This document shows, piece after piece, positions 1-10,305 of a DNA stretch of 64,000 nt. Under the pieces are notes generated by a model, which was given only the letters and a program-made list of their open reading frames with translations, was not told where the DNA came from and searched no databases. The first letter of the stretch is position 1; each line of letters starts with the position of its first letter. The DNA is taken from positions 1-64,000 of IMG/VR virus record IMGVR_UViG_3300009514_000005; one strand, written 5' to 3'. The position numbers and the translations under genes were made by a program. Source of the stretch: a virus.

Positions 1-315
1 ATCTTTAATAAGTAAATCCATCAACTGTTTATAGTCGTGAGTATGAACACCTGAGCCATACGCTTCGTTGAAAACATACTTGGCTGTACTGGGCCACCAC
101 TGAGCGTAGCCCTTGCCTTTTCGAAACATCCAATGATGTCCCTTCCTTGTGAACCTGATACCATGAGCCAAGCAGAAACTCTGGACGCATTCCTCATTGT
201 CTTCGTTAAAAGACCTTCGCCTATGATGCCTTCTTAACGCAGACTCTTCCGGGATATAAGGAACCAATTTACTTTTTCCAATCGTAACGCTGTCTGGTAT
301 TCTGTTGCCCCCCAT
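1..315 (-). CDS. hypothetical protein, truncated at left window edge
   Basis: Hand-translated open frame from ATG at 315 (MGGNRIPDSVTIGK...) to base 1 with no stop; follows 330..701 in the same orientation. Confidence 0.6.
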   Translation of the reverse strand, partial: MGGNRIPDSVTIGKSKLVPYIPEESALRRHHRRRSFNEDNEECVQSFCLAHGIRFTRKGHHWMFRKGKGYAQWWPSTAKYVFNEAYGSGVHTHDYKQLMDLLIKD

Positions 316-329
316 AATTTCAGCACTCC

Positions 330-1251
330 TTAAGCAGTCTTGTGTTTCTCAATAAACTCCCGATTCCTTTTCATGATAATCTCTTTAGCCTCAGGGGTTT
401 CCCTCCAATAACGATTCTCTGAATCATCCTCAACAAAATTCCTGAATGTAACTCTCACGGGACCACTGAGTGACCAATCCCAGTCCCTTATCCTCTTTGA
501 CTTCTTTTCTTTTTCGTCTCCACTATTACAAGTCCCACCGCTATCAAAACTAAGACCGGCTTTATCCAACAATGAATGAGCCCGACGAACACACTCAACC
601 TGCTCTTCAGTCATATCCGTTAAATCAAAATGAATCCCAACGGCTACCTCTTTTCCATAGTTAGGATGCTTCATAAGTTCTTTTTGTGTTTTACCTTTCA
701 TTCCTCAACTCCTGATTTTAGAATTTAGACCTCCCCATCCAGCAAGCAAGCCTGGTGATCCAGCTTTTACTTTTATCCTGCCACCAGTTCTGTTCGTCAC
801 AGACGTAACAATAGAACTTACCCTCGAGTGGCCCCTTGCAGTAATAACATTTGTCATCAGGCTTGCACCAAAAACTACTCACCTAGAAAGTATCTTGGGC
901 TTCATTTTGAGGAGGAGTGATTGGCCGTGGCATACTTGGCCTCACAGCTTCTTTCACGTCAACAGTAACATCTTTCTCCTCTGCCTTGGCGGTAGGCTGA
1001 GTTCTTCTTCTAATGATAGCCTTTCCTTTGATCTCTGGAGATATGGGCATAAGATCATACATGCTCGTATCCTCAAGGCCAGCAAAGCCTGAGGTAGTTC
1101 GAACAGCAAGGTTCCAATTCTTATGCTGTCGGTCCCAAGTATCTTTTGGGCCATCACCCAATAAATCCTTTAGCCAAAAATCCTCTACAGTTGATTCAGG
1201 CATAATCCTGAGAACCGTCTTGTTTCCTTCTTTTACTGGCAATATTTTCAT
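330..1251 (-). other. two hypothetical CDS (330..701, 883..1251) plus a short Cys-rich ORF between them
   Basis: Co-oriented ORFs with SD-like upstream purine tracts; no family recognised. Confidence 0.65.
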
Positions 1252-1266
1252 CTACTTCTCCTTTGG

Positions 1267-1620
1267 TTAATTAGTGTGTTCTTGAATTAACTGATCCGTA
1301 ATCTCTTCCCAGTTATCTTCAAACCTGATAGCCCGATCATCAATGTAAGCGGTGGCCACAACCTTGCCTTCATCACCCATGTCGATTCGGTCATAGGGAA
1401 TGCCATGCCAATCAAGCCAACTCACCATGGCGTCAACATGATGGCTTGGACTACCGTCTTCATTGCGAAACATTTTAGAAGCTCTACAGCTTGAGATTAC
1501 TATCTCGAAATGCTGACGAAGTTTTTCCAGAGCAGCTTTAACACCAGGCTTTACCTCACCAATCTCCGGGAAAGCGTGGCCGCAAATTGTTCCATCAAAA
1601 TCAATTACTATTGTTTTCAC
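1267..1620 (-). CDS. HAD-superfamily hydrolase (small phage phosphatase-like)
   Basis: N-terminal IVIDFDGT (DxDGT motif I), ISSCR motif II, K..ATAYIDDRA motif III/IV. Confidence 0.85.
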   Translation of the reverse strand: MKTIVIDFDGTICGHAFPEIGEVKPGVKAALEKLRQHFEIVISSCRASKMFRNEDGSPSHHVDAMVSWLDWHGIPYDRIDMGDEGKVVATAYIDDRAIRFEDNWEEITDQLIQEHTN

Positions 1621-2636
1621 TAGGTTCCTTTAGCGGTCCAATTTTATCGGTAAAAAACATTTTAGATTCTCTTCCAAACCATTTCTCTCTTTTTAAATTT
1701 GTCTTTTGAAGATTACCCAAATAACCAACAATGTTCTCAGCCAGAATAAAATCAGGCGTCTCGAGTTCATTGTCAATACTGTAGCGATTTATAAGATGCT
1801 CTAGCTCTTTTCCAAACTCACTCCATCGATCTCTTGGTTCAGGGTTGCTCATCTTTTTTATCCTCCCTTTTCTTTTCGTGCTCTGCCCACTGACGCCTTA
1901 TGTCTTCCTGGAAAATGCAGATAGAAAAATGGGCAATCAATGCTCCGATTAAACTAGCGTTCTTATCATCCAGCTCTGGAATATCACCAGGCAACATCTC
2001 TTGCATCCACTTAGGAAGCTTAGCTCTTTCCCTTGGACTCCGAAGGGAGTTCTTCATTATTTTCTGGAGTTCTTCAACGGTGAACATTTGACGGACGTTA
2101 CTTTACAAATCGTCCTTAGGCAACTAAACATTTTCGATGAAGCTTTAGAAAATCAGACGCGGGGATTCTTCTACCGTAAAAATAAAAAGCCACATTCCCA
2201 TCGGGCTCTAAGTCTGCATCAAACTTTTCACAGTCTATGCCCTGCTCCATGAAAAAATACTTTATATTTTCAATGGTTAATTTCGGTAGGGACTTGGGCT
2301 TTCCGTAGATTACTTTAGGCATATATAGATCTTAACAAAGTGCATTGAAATAAATAACTAAGTGTTTTGTTTTTTCTTGTCTTGCTCCCACTTCCTCCCA
2401 GCGCCAGACAGAAGAGCGGATCGAATAGCTATCACTTTAATTTTAAGCTCCTCGCTTGGCGGCTCATTGTGTTCATCATAATGAGCCTGGAGGAATGCTT
2501 GGGCCATGTCAGTAAGGGCCTGACAGTATCCATGAAAGAACCCTGACTCCATATCTCTCTTGGAAATAATACCGCATTCTTTTTCAGCGTGGCTGATCAG
2601 AACAGCAAGGGTTGGGTGGATATCTTTTTCAGACAT
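1601..2636 (-). other. block of small hypothetical CDS (1601..1852, 1839..2087, 2116..2322, 2358..2636)
   Basis: Head-to-tail packing with short overlaps typical of phage operons. Confidence 0.65.
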
Positions 2637-2637
2637 T

Positions 2638-3186
2638 TCATTTATCGTAATAACTTAAGGGTTTTATGTTTGGATCCGCGTTTTCCGTGACGACCCCAAT
2701 CGATCTAAGCTTGTAATCCTTAACTGTTTTTCCATCTATATTCCCAGACTCGCCAGCAGCAGCCGGGTAACCAGCCAGTAAAGATTCCCTGAATTTTAAT
2801 CCATTACTATTGAGAGCGATGTTAGCGGAAACATATTTATCTCCCCGCTTAATATTCGAGGCCACTCCTATATGATTTTCAAGTTTATCACTGAACCTAA
2901 AAGAAACCGGAACCTCTTTTGGAAGTTCCATGCTATCCAAATCATATATATGCCCATTCTTATTTGGCTCCCCGTTATACCTTAAGATAACGACATCTTT
3001 TAGATTTTTAACAGTATTCAAACAAGGCTCATCATCATCTTCTTCCACATATAAACAACCAAGCTCTTCCAGTAACTCTCGACTCTCCATTTCGTTTGGA
3101 GTCTTAGGTTTCCCTATAACAATTTTATGCATGTTGGCAAAAATCTCTAGCACCCTGTTTACTTTGTATTCTCTATTTTTCATCAA
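2638..3186 (-). CDS. prohead-protease-like protein, apparently lacking catalytic residues
   Basis: EPNKNGHIY resembles the N.NGR.Y motif and LRSIGVVTENADP resembles the C-terminal L.EVS.V..PA motif of caudoviral prohead proteases; expected His and Ser positions read RF and AAG. Confidence 0.4.
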   Translation of the reverse strand: MMKNREYKVNRVLEIFANMHKIVIGKPKTPNEMESRELLEELGCLYVEEDDDEPCLNTVKNLKDVVILRYNGEPNKNGHIYDLDSMELPKEVPVSFRFSDKLENHIGVASNIKRGDKYVSANIALNSNGLKFRESLLAGYPAAAGESGNIDGKTVKDYKLRSIGVVTENADPNIKPLSYYDK

Positions 3187-3351
3187 CGACTCCTCTTGGT
3201 TTCAAGCAACTCACCCTAACTCTTTGATCAATCTTTTGATCTATTAATTCAAGACTATAACCTACCAGCAGTAAACCACCAGTCGCGATACCACAAACAA
3301 CCATAAGTGAAAGTACGGTAGCGATAATAAAATCAAAAATTGAATCAAACA

Positions 3352-3921
3352 CTAAGAAACACTTCTGGCAAAAACCTTAGCCACAGTCCTGGCCTCTTCA
3401 TGGTTTTTAATCTCGTAACCAACTCTTCTCATCTCTTGAGGAAGATCTTCAAAACCACTCATTCCCTCAGTGATCTTATCTCCTGGGGCCCAACCAAAGA
3501 TGGCCCGATGACTCCAGCCATACCATTTATCTTCAGACTCACAAAATCCAATAGAACAAACCGAATGATTTTTGTCAGCAAGCTCGGGCTGAATCCCACG
3601 CTTTTCCATGATCTCCTTGGCCTCGTCAGGGCCGCCAATGTATTCCCCTTTAAAAGTGTAGGCCGATTGTAATTCACAATCCTCAGTGCCAAAGGGCTCG
3701 CCATCTATAAGTTCTGTGCGGATCTCGTAGCCAGCCTTCTTCCTTCGCCTGGCCTTAATCTCTTTAATAGGAAGACTCTCGGTGATGGGACGATGATTCT
3801 TTTGGAATCCGTAACACATGAAGTCGTGAAACCAATTGCTTTCCCAAAGAGTTCTCCACTTGTCCAATTGATTGGAGCCCATGTTGTTGATCGCCTCTTC
3901 AAGTTTTTGCATTTGATTCAT
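3352..3921 (-). CDS. conserved phage hypothetical protein
   Basis: 189-aa ORF with CSIGF...KWYGWSHRAIFG motif that I recall from phage hypotheticals. Confidence 0.6.
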   Translation of the reverse strand: MNQMQKLEEAINNMGSNQLDKWRTLWESNWFHDFMCYGFQKNHRPITESLPIKEIKARRRKKAGYEIRTELIDGEPFGTEDCELQSAYTFKGEYIGGPDEAKEIMEKRGIQPELADKNHSVCSIGFCESEDKWYGWSHRAIFGWAPGDKITEGMSGFEDLPQEMRRVGYEIKNHEEARTVAKVFARSVS

Positions 3922-6330
3922 GATTTCCTCTCTTCCTCTACCCCGGCAATGACCCCATCGTAATAAGCTTCATACAAAAGTTTTGAAATATCCTCTTGAA
4001 TATCAGCAAACAAATCAATAATTGTTAAATCTAAATTATCCAACTCTCCCTCAATCTTATGCTGAAGTGCTTCCTTGTTCGACTGACTTAACTGTTTTTC
4101 TTTGCTTATCATAGACATATTGACTCAGTTGGTTATTAATCTCAACTTCCCAAATTGTAAAGCGCTGAGACTTTCTTTTCACAAAGCAAGCTTTGTTGTC
4201 TCTTATTAGATCAACTATTTCTTTTACATTATGAACAGTTGGAGCTTTTGGCTTTGGCTTCTCGGGTTCCTCAAAAGGATCTTCCACCCAGTCTTTATCT
4301 AAAAATGTCACTATGGTTTTTCTCAGCTTATCATAAACTACCGGGAGTCTTTCTCCCTGGAAGGTGACCCACCATTTCGAGACCCTATTGGATTGCTTAT
4401 CAATCAGGTGGGCGTAGCCCCTCTCGATCTGGCTCACCAGTAAAGCGTGATCCTCTTTCGTCATCGAGAGACCATACCTTTGCCAGAGCCTCTTCTTGGA
4501 GTGGAACTTCTGACTCTGGTCCTTGGTCATTTTTCTTTTGTTTCGCTTCGTCCTTGGCATTGAACCTAGATCTTAACCGATCAAACCTTTTCATGGTATT
4601 GGTAAACCAAACAGGAAAAGCCTCAGTCTCGTCAAACCATTTATTATATTCAACATAAGCTTCATGGGTCTTCTTGATTAATTTATTCCTGGCTCTCCAT
4701 GGATCATCTGAAAACTCTTTAGAGAAAGTAATGATTGCATCACACATTTTGTCTCTTAACTCCCAATCTTTAAACCTTAACCTACGTAGATAATCCTGAT
4801 GGAAATGATTAACACGGAGCATGATAAACAAGAAGGCTGTTGATAATAAGCAGACAACAACAAAAATCATTCAGTAATCCTTGGCCTTTTAGCCCCGTTA
4901 TCTCTATCCCAATCATTTATTTTCATGAAACCCTTGTCCTCGCTTTAATACCTTCGTGATGTTTCAGGTCCTCAGTGACAACTGGTATCTCCCACCAAAA
5001 TATCTCTTTACTCTTAGGGTCTTTTCTCAAAGTAAATATCCTTCCCTCTGAAGTCATTTCGCAATGCTCGACCTTTTGAAAGGTAGCCCCACAATCCCGA
5101 CACCAAATATAACAAACGCTTTGATCCCAATAATGATTCCCCGGATCCCTGGGATTATGATCTTTATTATTAATTTGAAAATGAACCTTGCCGCTCACAA
5201 CTGATCCTCAAAATTTCCCTCAATATAAGAACCACATTCAGCACACCAGAAGAGTCCTTCGTGAGACGACTTGTCGATTCTACTTCTCGAACAACTATCC
5301 CAATGGTCAGGCCGAACCTTCTTTCCATCACTCATTCGGCCATGCTCATATCCAGTGATCTCAAAGAAATCTTCCTTGGTAATCTCATTGTAATTCTCTG
5401 CACTACCAGAATCGGATCCAACCTGACTAAACTCAGCCTTATGGTCTTCAGCTATATAACCCATTCCGTACATATGAGAATGAACCACCCCACAAATATA
5501 AATGGCCTTGTCCGATGTGTGCTTATAATATTTCCCTAATTCGAATTTCATAATTTAATTCCCATGAACTTTACAATTTGGATTCTTATAAAATCCCGCA
5601 CAAGTGCATCGATCATCCTTCATGCTTCTTGCGGCGATTAGTTTCTCTTCAAGATCTTTAATAAATACGTGAGCCTTTCCATTCCGAAAGACCCCTTTGT
5701 CGATAGCCGCTGTCATGAATTCTTTAAGGAGGCCCGGATAATAAGCCATGGGAATATCCTTCACAATATCCACTAACTCTTCATAACTAAAGTCTTTCTT
5801 CTCGGGCTCAAGAAAATCAATCGAAGCTCCTTTGTGATTGCAATCCAAACATTCTGAATCCCCATTAAGTCTTCTCTCTGTGGAAATATTTTCACTCTTA
5901 CATTCCGGACACCTTCTCCTTGTTATTTTTATATTTAAACAATCTTCAATTGAAAGCCCCTCTGGACCGCAGAGACAATCTTTTTCATTATGCCCACACA
6001 CTAAACAACCATTCATACTTCACTCCTTTTCAAAATCTGTTCAACAGTATCAATGGGATCATCCAAATACTTTTCTGTCATAGGAAACCTGCCCTTGGGC
6101 CCCGCAAAATCTCTATAAGCTTTCCAGTCCTTCTCGATAACAAAGTCCACCTCATAAGATCCACCACATAAAAGACTGGCCAACATATCATGAACCTGGT
6201 CTTCGCTTTCAGCCTGGACAGCAAAACACTGCACCGTCTTCTCTCCTGAATACCCAGTAATAAATAAATCAACGGCATCGTTTTCTACACCTTCATCAGT
6301 GCACATTCTGGTCCAATAAGTTTTCATCAT
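3918..6330 (-). other. block of hypothetical CDS (3918..4118, 4400..4870, 4923..5198, 5195..5551, 5555..6016 with CxxC Zn-ribbons, 6013..6330)
   Basis: Co-oriented, ATGA-type overlaps. Confidence 0.6.
4057..4560 (-). CDS. hypothetical protein with internally duplicated domain
   Basis: HLIDKQSNRVSKWWVTFQGERLPVVYDKLRKTIVT aligns with CFVKRKSQRFTIWEVEINNQLSQYVYDKQRKTVKS. Confidence 0.6.
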   Translation of the reverse strand: MPRTKRNKRKMTKDQSQKFHSKKRLWQRYGLSMTKEDHALLVSQIERGYAHLIDKQSNRVSKWWVTFQGERLPVVYDKLRKTIVTFLDKDWVEDPFEEPEKPKPKAPTVHNVKEIVDLIRDNKACFVKRKSQRFTIWEVEINNQLSQYVYDKQRKTVKSVEQGSTSA

Positions 6331-6611
6331 TTAACCCCGTAGTTCTTAAACCCTAATTTATTAATAAAATTATAAATTCCTTTTGGTTTATGCCTAGGAA
6401 CTCTCTATTTACCTAATGCCACATAATAAACCAGGTAATAACAATTAAAAAGATTATCGCTAAAACGCCTTCCATGGTCATTTACACAGCTCCTCAATCT
6501 CGATTTCAGGTGTCAAAACTCTTCTTTCCTCAAACCACTTGTAGCAAACAGTAGCCTTTCGGTTTTCCTCAACTAAGAAATTATTCTCATTCCATTCATG
6601 TTCACAACCGC

Positions 6612-6767
6612 TCATAGCTCACCTATATAAATCCAATGCCTAGGGAATTTCTCATTCAAAGGCATCGCATACATGGTCCATCTTTTAGTAATAATAGCAA
6701 CGCCCGTCCCTTTAAACACATCTGACAGAAGTATCTCATCTTCTATAGCATCGTAGTAAACTTCCAT
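6612..6767 (-). CDS. 51-aa hypothetical protein ending YIGEL
   Basis: Hand-translated MEVYYDAIEDEILL...WIYIGEL*, GGGAG upstream; same C-terminus as 14430..14714. Confidence 0.55.
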   Translation of the reverse strand: MEVYYDAIEDEILLSDVFKGTGVAIITKRWTMYAMPLNEKFPRHWIYIGEL

Positions 6768-6918
6768 AGCTCTCCCAACACCGATAAAATACGGTTAAAA
6801 CACCGATAATGCTATATAGTGCAACATAAACGCCTTTTATAATGCCCTACAGTGCATGATTTTCTTAAACTTTAAGTAGTTCGTTCTAGTCTCCGCATAA
6901 ACTCAAAATATACTAAAA

Positions 6919-6932
6919 GTGGGATATCCCAC
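6919..6932. repeat. perfect 14-bp palindrome GTGGGATATCCCAC just 3' of the tRNA-like gene
   Basis: Sequence equals its reverse complement. Confidence 0.7.
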
Positions 6933-6939
6933 CATTAAG

Positions 6940-7010
6940 CCCAGGGGCCAGGAATCTAACCTGAATCTTCCTATTAACAAAATAGGGCTTTAACATTAAG
7001 CTACCCCCGG
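6940..7010 (-). pseudogene. degenerate tRNA (Asn-like ancestry, or Thr(UGU) by geometry), no encoded CCA
   Basis: Cloverleaf: acceptor CCGGGGG/CCCCTGG, D stem GCTT/AAGC, anticodon stem CCTAT/ATAGG with loop TTTGTTA, T stem TCAGG/CCTGG with non-canonical loop TTAGATT; nt 26 missing, D-loop GG mutated. Confidence 0.7.
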
Positions 7011-7064
7011 TTAATACATGATCAACTTAATCCTTAAGGGTGTTCATAATAAATTATTTACCAT

Positions 7065-7304
7065 CTAACTAAACGTTAACCCGCCATTCAAGCAGCCATG
7101 CCTTTCCCTGCTCTTTGATCTAAACACCTTAAAAATCCTATGCTCTTCATCGGTCAAATGATGGAACCCGGTGATCATCGCTTTTTGATGTACTGTTTTT
7201 ACCGTAGTGTCCATGGCTTCGCTTATTAGCTTTTGCGTAATGCCCTTCTTTAATAAACGTGCAAGCTCCAACTCTCTTTCTCTACTCCAAGATATCTTTC
7301 CCAC
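7065..7304 (-). CDS. small HTH DNA-binding protein
   Basis: WSRERELELARLLKKGITQKLISEAMDTTVKTVHQKA has a Myb/GcrA-like W-S/T start followed by an HTH pattern. Confidence 0.55.
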   Translation of the reverse strand: MGKISWSRERELELARLLKKGITQKLISEAMDTTVKTVHQKAMITGFHHLTDEEHRIFKVFRSKSRERHGCLNGGLTFS

Positions 7305-10155
7305 TACTCTTCCTTATTGGTTTGGTTCAAGCGGTTAACGTGACTAAGCGCTTGATTGAACTCGCTTCTTTGGATGTGCCTTATAATATGCTCGTAGTCT
7401 TCGCAAGTTTTAATTAAATCCTTGGCCTCAGGATGGGCCCTCCAGATACGAGACTGGAGCCCCTTATGCATCCCCTCGGCGTAACCCCACTTCCATTCCT
7501 GGGGCTCATCCTTTCGGCTCTCGAGATGTTTCTTGGTGGCTTGGTTAATCTTTTCTTGGTATCCCATTTATTCCTCAACGCATCACAACCGTTTGGCACT
7601 AATTGGGGTTTATTGCCAAAAGATAGCCTTCACATTATTCCAACTATTTATCAATCTTCTTTTACTATAAAATTTTCATGGTCCGAACTCTTCTAACATA
7701 TCAACAAGTTCCCCCAACTTTGCATGAATTTTTAAATAGCGTTTTACTCAACTTCAACAATTTCCTATCCCTCGATCATAGCTTTCCCATCATAGTATCC
7801 CTATGACTGCTACAGATAAAGATTATGTCCCCAGGTCCATTCCAATAATTTATGGGCCAACCAATTAATAAACCTTGATCTTGGTGGAGTACATACCCAA
7901 TACCTCCCAGACTTCTCCATCTCTTCCATGTAACCATCATGGCCTTCGGCTTTCTCCCTGGCGAACCAAGCACCGCTACCACGGGTATCCTCAGCTTCTC
8001 TCTTGGCCCACAGATAAACTCTTTGGTAAGCATCTCTTTTGGATGCGTGTTCAATTCTTGACGCCATCATTATCTCCCGACTTAATTATTTTTGGAGCAG
8101 TATCTAAAGCCAAAGCCGCTCGATCAAACCAATAACACTTACCCTTCTTAGGCTCCGGAAACACATCACAAATATCCAGAAGAGCTTCTCGATAATGCAA
8201 AACAAGATCCTTAAGATCCCCTGGTTTTAAATATGGATTTCCGGAGGGCCGCTTCCTTCCTCTTCCTAAGTATTTTCCCTTTGGTATCCGATAATAATCT
8301 TCATCATGCCAAGTCCAGTCAGGGTTCCATTCGCCGCACCTAACACATTTTGGATGTTTATATTTGGCGTCACTAAATATCCCACCACCAACTACAAGAG
8401 TGAAGCTATGCTTAAACAGGCGGCATAAAATACTCAAGCTAAACCCTCATGCAAGTTATCCATCATTTCTGCCATGAGGCTTTTAAGATCCGCCTCCTCC
8501 CACTTATCACCATTGTTCTCAGTATAAAAACCCCTTAAGAAAAATTTGTCATTCTCATCTTTAGAGCAGTCCACGATAAGACATCTGGCCTTATTGTTGG
8601 ATTCAACATAGACCGAGTATCTGTACAAGACATAATGCGCAGGGCTGTATTCATCAAAGCGAAACTCAACACCGTCTTCATGGTGCGTCCAATTGAGTGG
8701 ATACACGTCTTCCCTTTTGCCACCAAATTTTTCGATGTATTTATCCAGGAACTCTACGGATCTGCGCATCATATTGTCATTATCGTCAGCCATTCACGCC
8801 CTGTCGGTTGGATCATCAATAATAATTTGATCGATCTTATCACCCCTCAATTTTGTCACCACAGTTTTATCAGGGCCCCCGTGGTCAACTCCCACAGTAA
8901 AACCAGGCAGCTTAGAGGGTAAATGAATTGCTCCATCGTCCGGAACCATTGGACATCTTAATTCTAAATCATCAACAGAAACAGTGGGCCCTTGGGCACT
9001 CCACCCATGTTTAACGCCGCAAAACTTGAAACCCATATCACAATCCGCACATTTCACTGTCAGGTTTAAATCATAGAAGCCAGCCTCAACCTTCTTGTCT
9101 TCCGCAATCCGATTCACAGTGGCATCAACCTTAAAATTTAGATGCTTACAATTATCCATTCTCTTGCCTTTTCATCCAGTCTTCCCACTCTTCTCTTGTG
9201 AAACCCATCACCCCTAAATTGCCAGAACAATTAGCAGCACCTAAACACCAACACTCACGCGACTCACACCAGCGACCCCGCTCACCAGGCCACAAGGTTT
9301 TCATCACCTCATCGATACCAATCTTTTTAATTGTTTTCTGAAGAATCTCATTCTGGTTTTTCAGGATCTTTATTTTTGTTTCATCATCGAACTGATCCAA
9401 CGGATCTACAGGCTCTTCGAACTTCTGCTCAACACCATCAATAAACAACTTCTGTTTCTTCCTAGAATACATGCCGTCTTTTTTCATAACCTACTTGTTT
9501 TTCATCGCAGCAAATTCATCATGAAGCCATCCAGATATATTCTGAGAAGCTGGATCTCCCCACCATTCACTTCTAGGCACATAGTAATCATTACCCTTGG
9601 CGACATGAAAAGCTTTATCTTCCTCATGGGGATCTGCAATCAAAAGAAACTTAGGAAGACTTCCAGACTCTCCATCGATAGCAACTAAAATACTATGGAC
9701 CAAACCGTTCAGTCTTTCCGGAATAGTTTTCTCAGTCATAAACTCTGAACCCCAATCATCCACCAAAAATTTAATATGTTCCAATAACTTTTGCTTCACT
9801 TCGTTTTTTGTATATGCCTTACTCATTGTTTGCCTCCATTAAAAAAAGGTGCCTCGCCAAATTCAGGCTTCCGATTTGCAACAGAAATTCTAAGTTGAGC
9901 TGATGCAATACGTTTACACCATGTTTCCATATCAGGCGGGATCTTTTCAGTTAGCTTTAAAATAGAATCCATAATAGAAACGTCTTTAGAGTTTTCACCT
10001 ATTCTAAGCAATAAACTTCTATACATATCTAAATGAGACTTGTGAATTCGTGAATAAAAAACTAAGCAATTGGTAAAATGCGTTAGATTATCATATTGTT
10101 CTTTAGATATTATCATCATCTCTTCTTGATCTTCCCCAGTTAATGTATTAGTCAC
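7304..10155 (-). other. block of small hypothetical CDS (7304..7567, 7810..8070, 8051..8437, 8434..8793, 8794..9159, 9152..9487, 9491..9826, 9823..10155)
   Basis: Tightly overlapping co-oriented ORFs with SD motifs. Confidence 0.65.
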
Positions 10156-10175
10156 GTTGTTCTCCTTTTAAAAAA

Positions 10176-10296
10176 GGGACGGGCCGGATTGGTTACCGAC
10201 TGTCCAGTTACGGCTAGGGCCTCGGGTTCATGCCTGGCACAGTCACCGAGTATCCCAACACACGCATCTACCTGTCACGTCTCAGGCCGCCGTCCC
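10176..10296 (-). ncRNA. 121-nt tRNA-like structured RNA with expanded central domain
   Basis: Intergenic GC-rich island; 7-bp closing stem GGGACGG/CCGTCCC, D-like stem GCCTG/CAGGT, stem CTCGG/CCGAG, variable-arm-like CTAG/CTGG, T-like stem GTCGG/CCGGC; followed by T6. Confidence 0.65.
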
Positions 10297-10305
10297 ACAA
10301 TTTAA

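Noticed and set aside
6777-6809. AACACCGATAA repeated 22 bp apart
   Set aside because: An 11-bp pair in an AT-rich spacer could be an operator but is too short to distinguish from chance.
10176-10296. 5S rRNA (similar length, contains TGCCAGGCA)
   Set aside because: Lacks the 5S loop C/E consensus and helix arrangement; it folds as a tRNA-like multi-arm junction.
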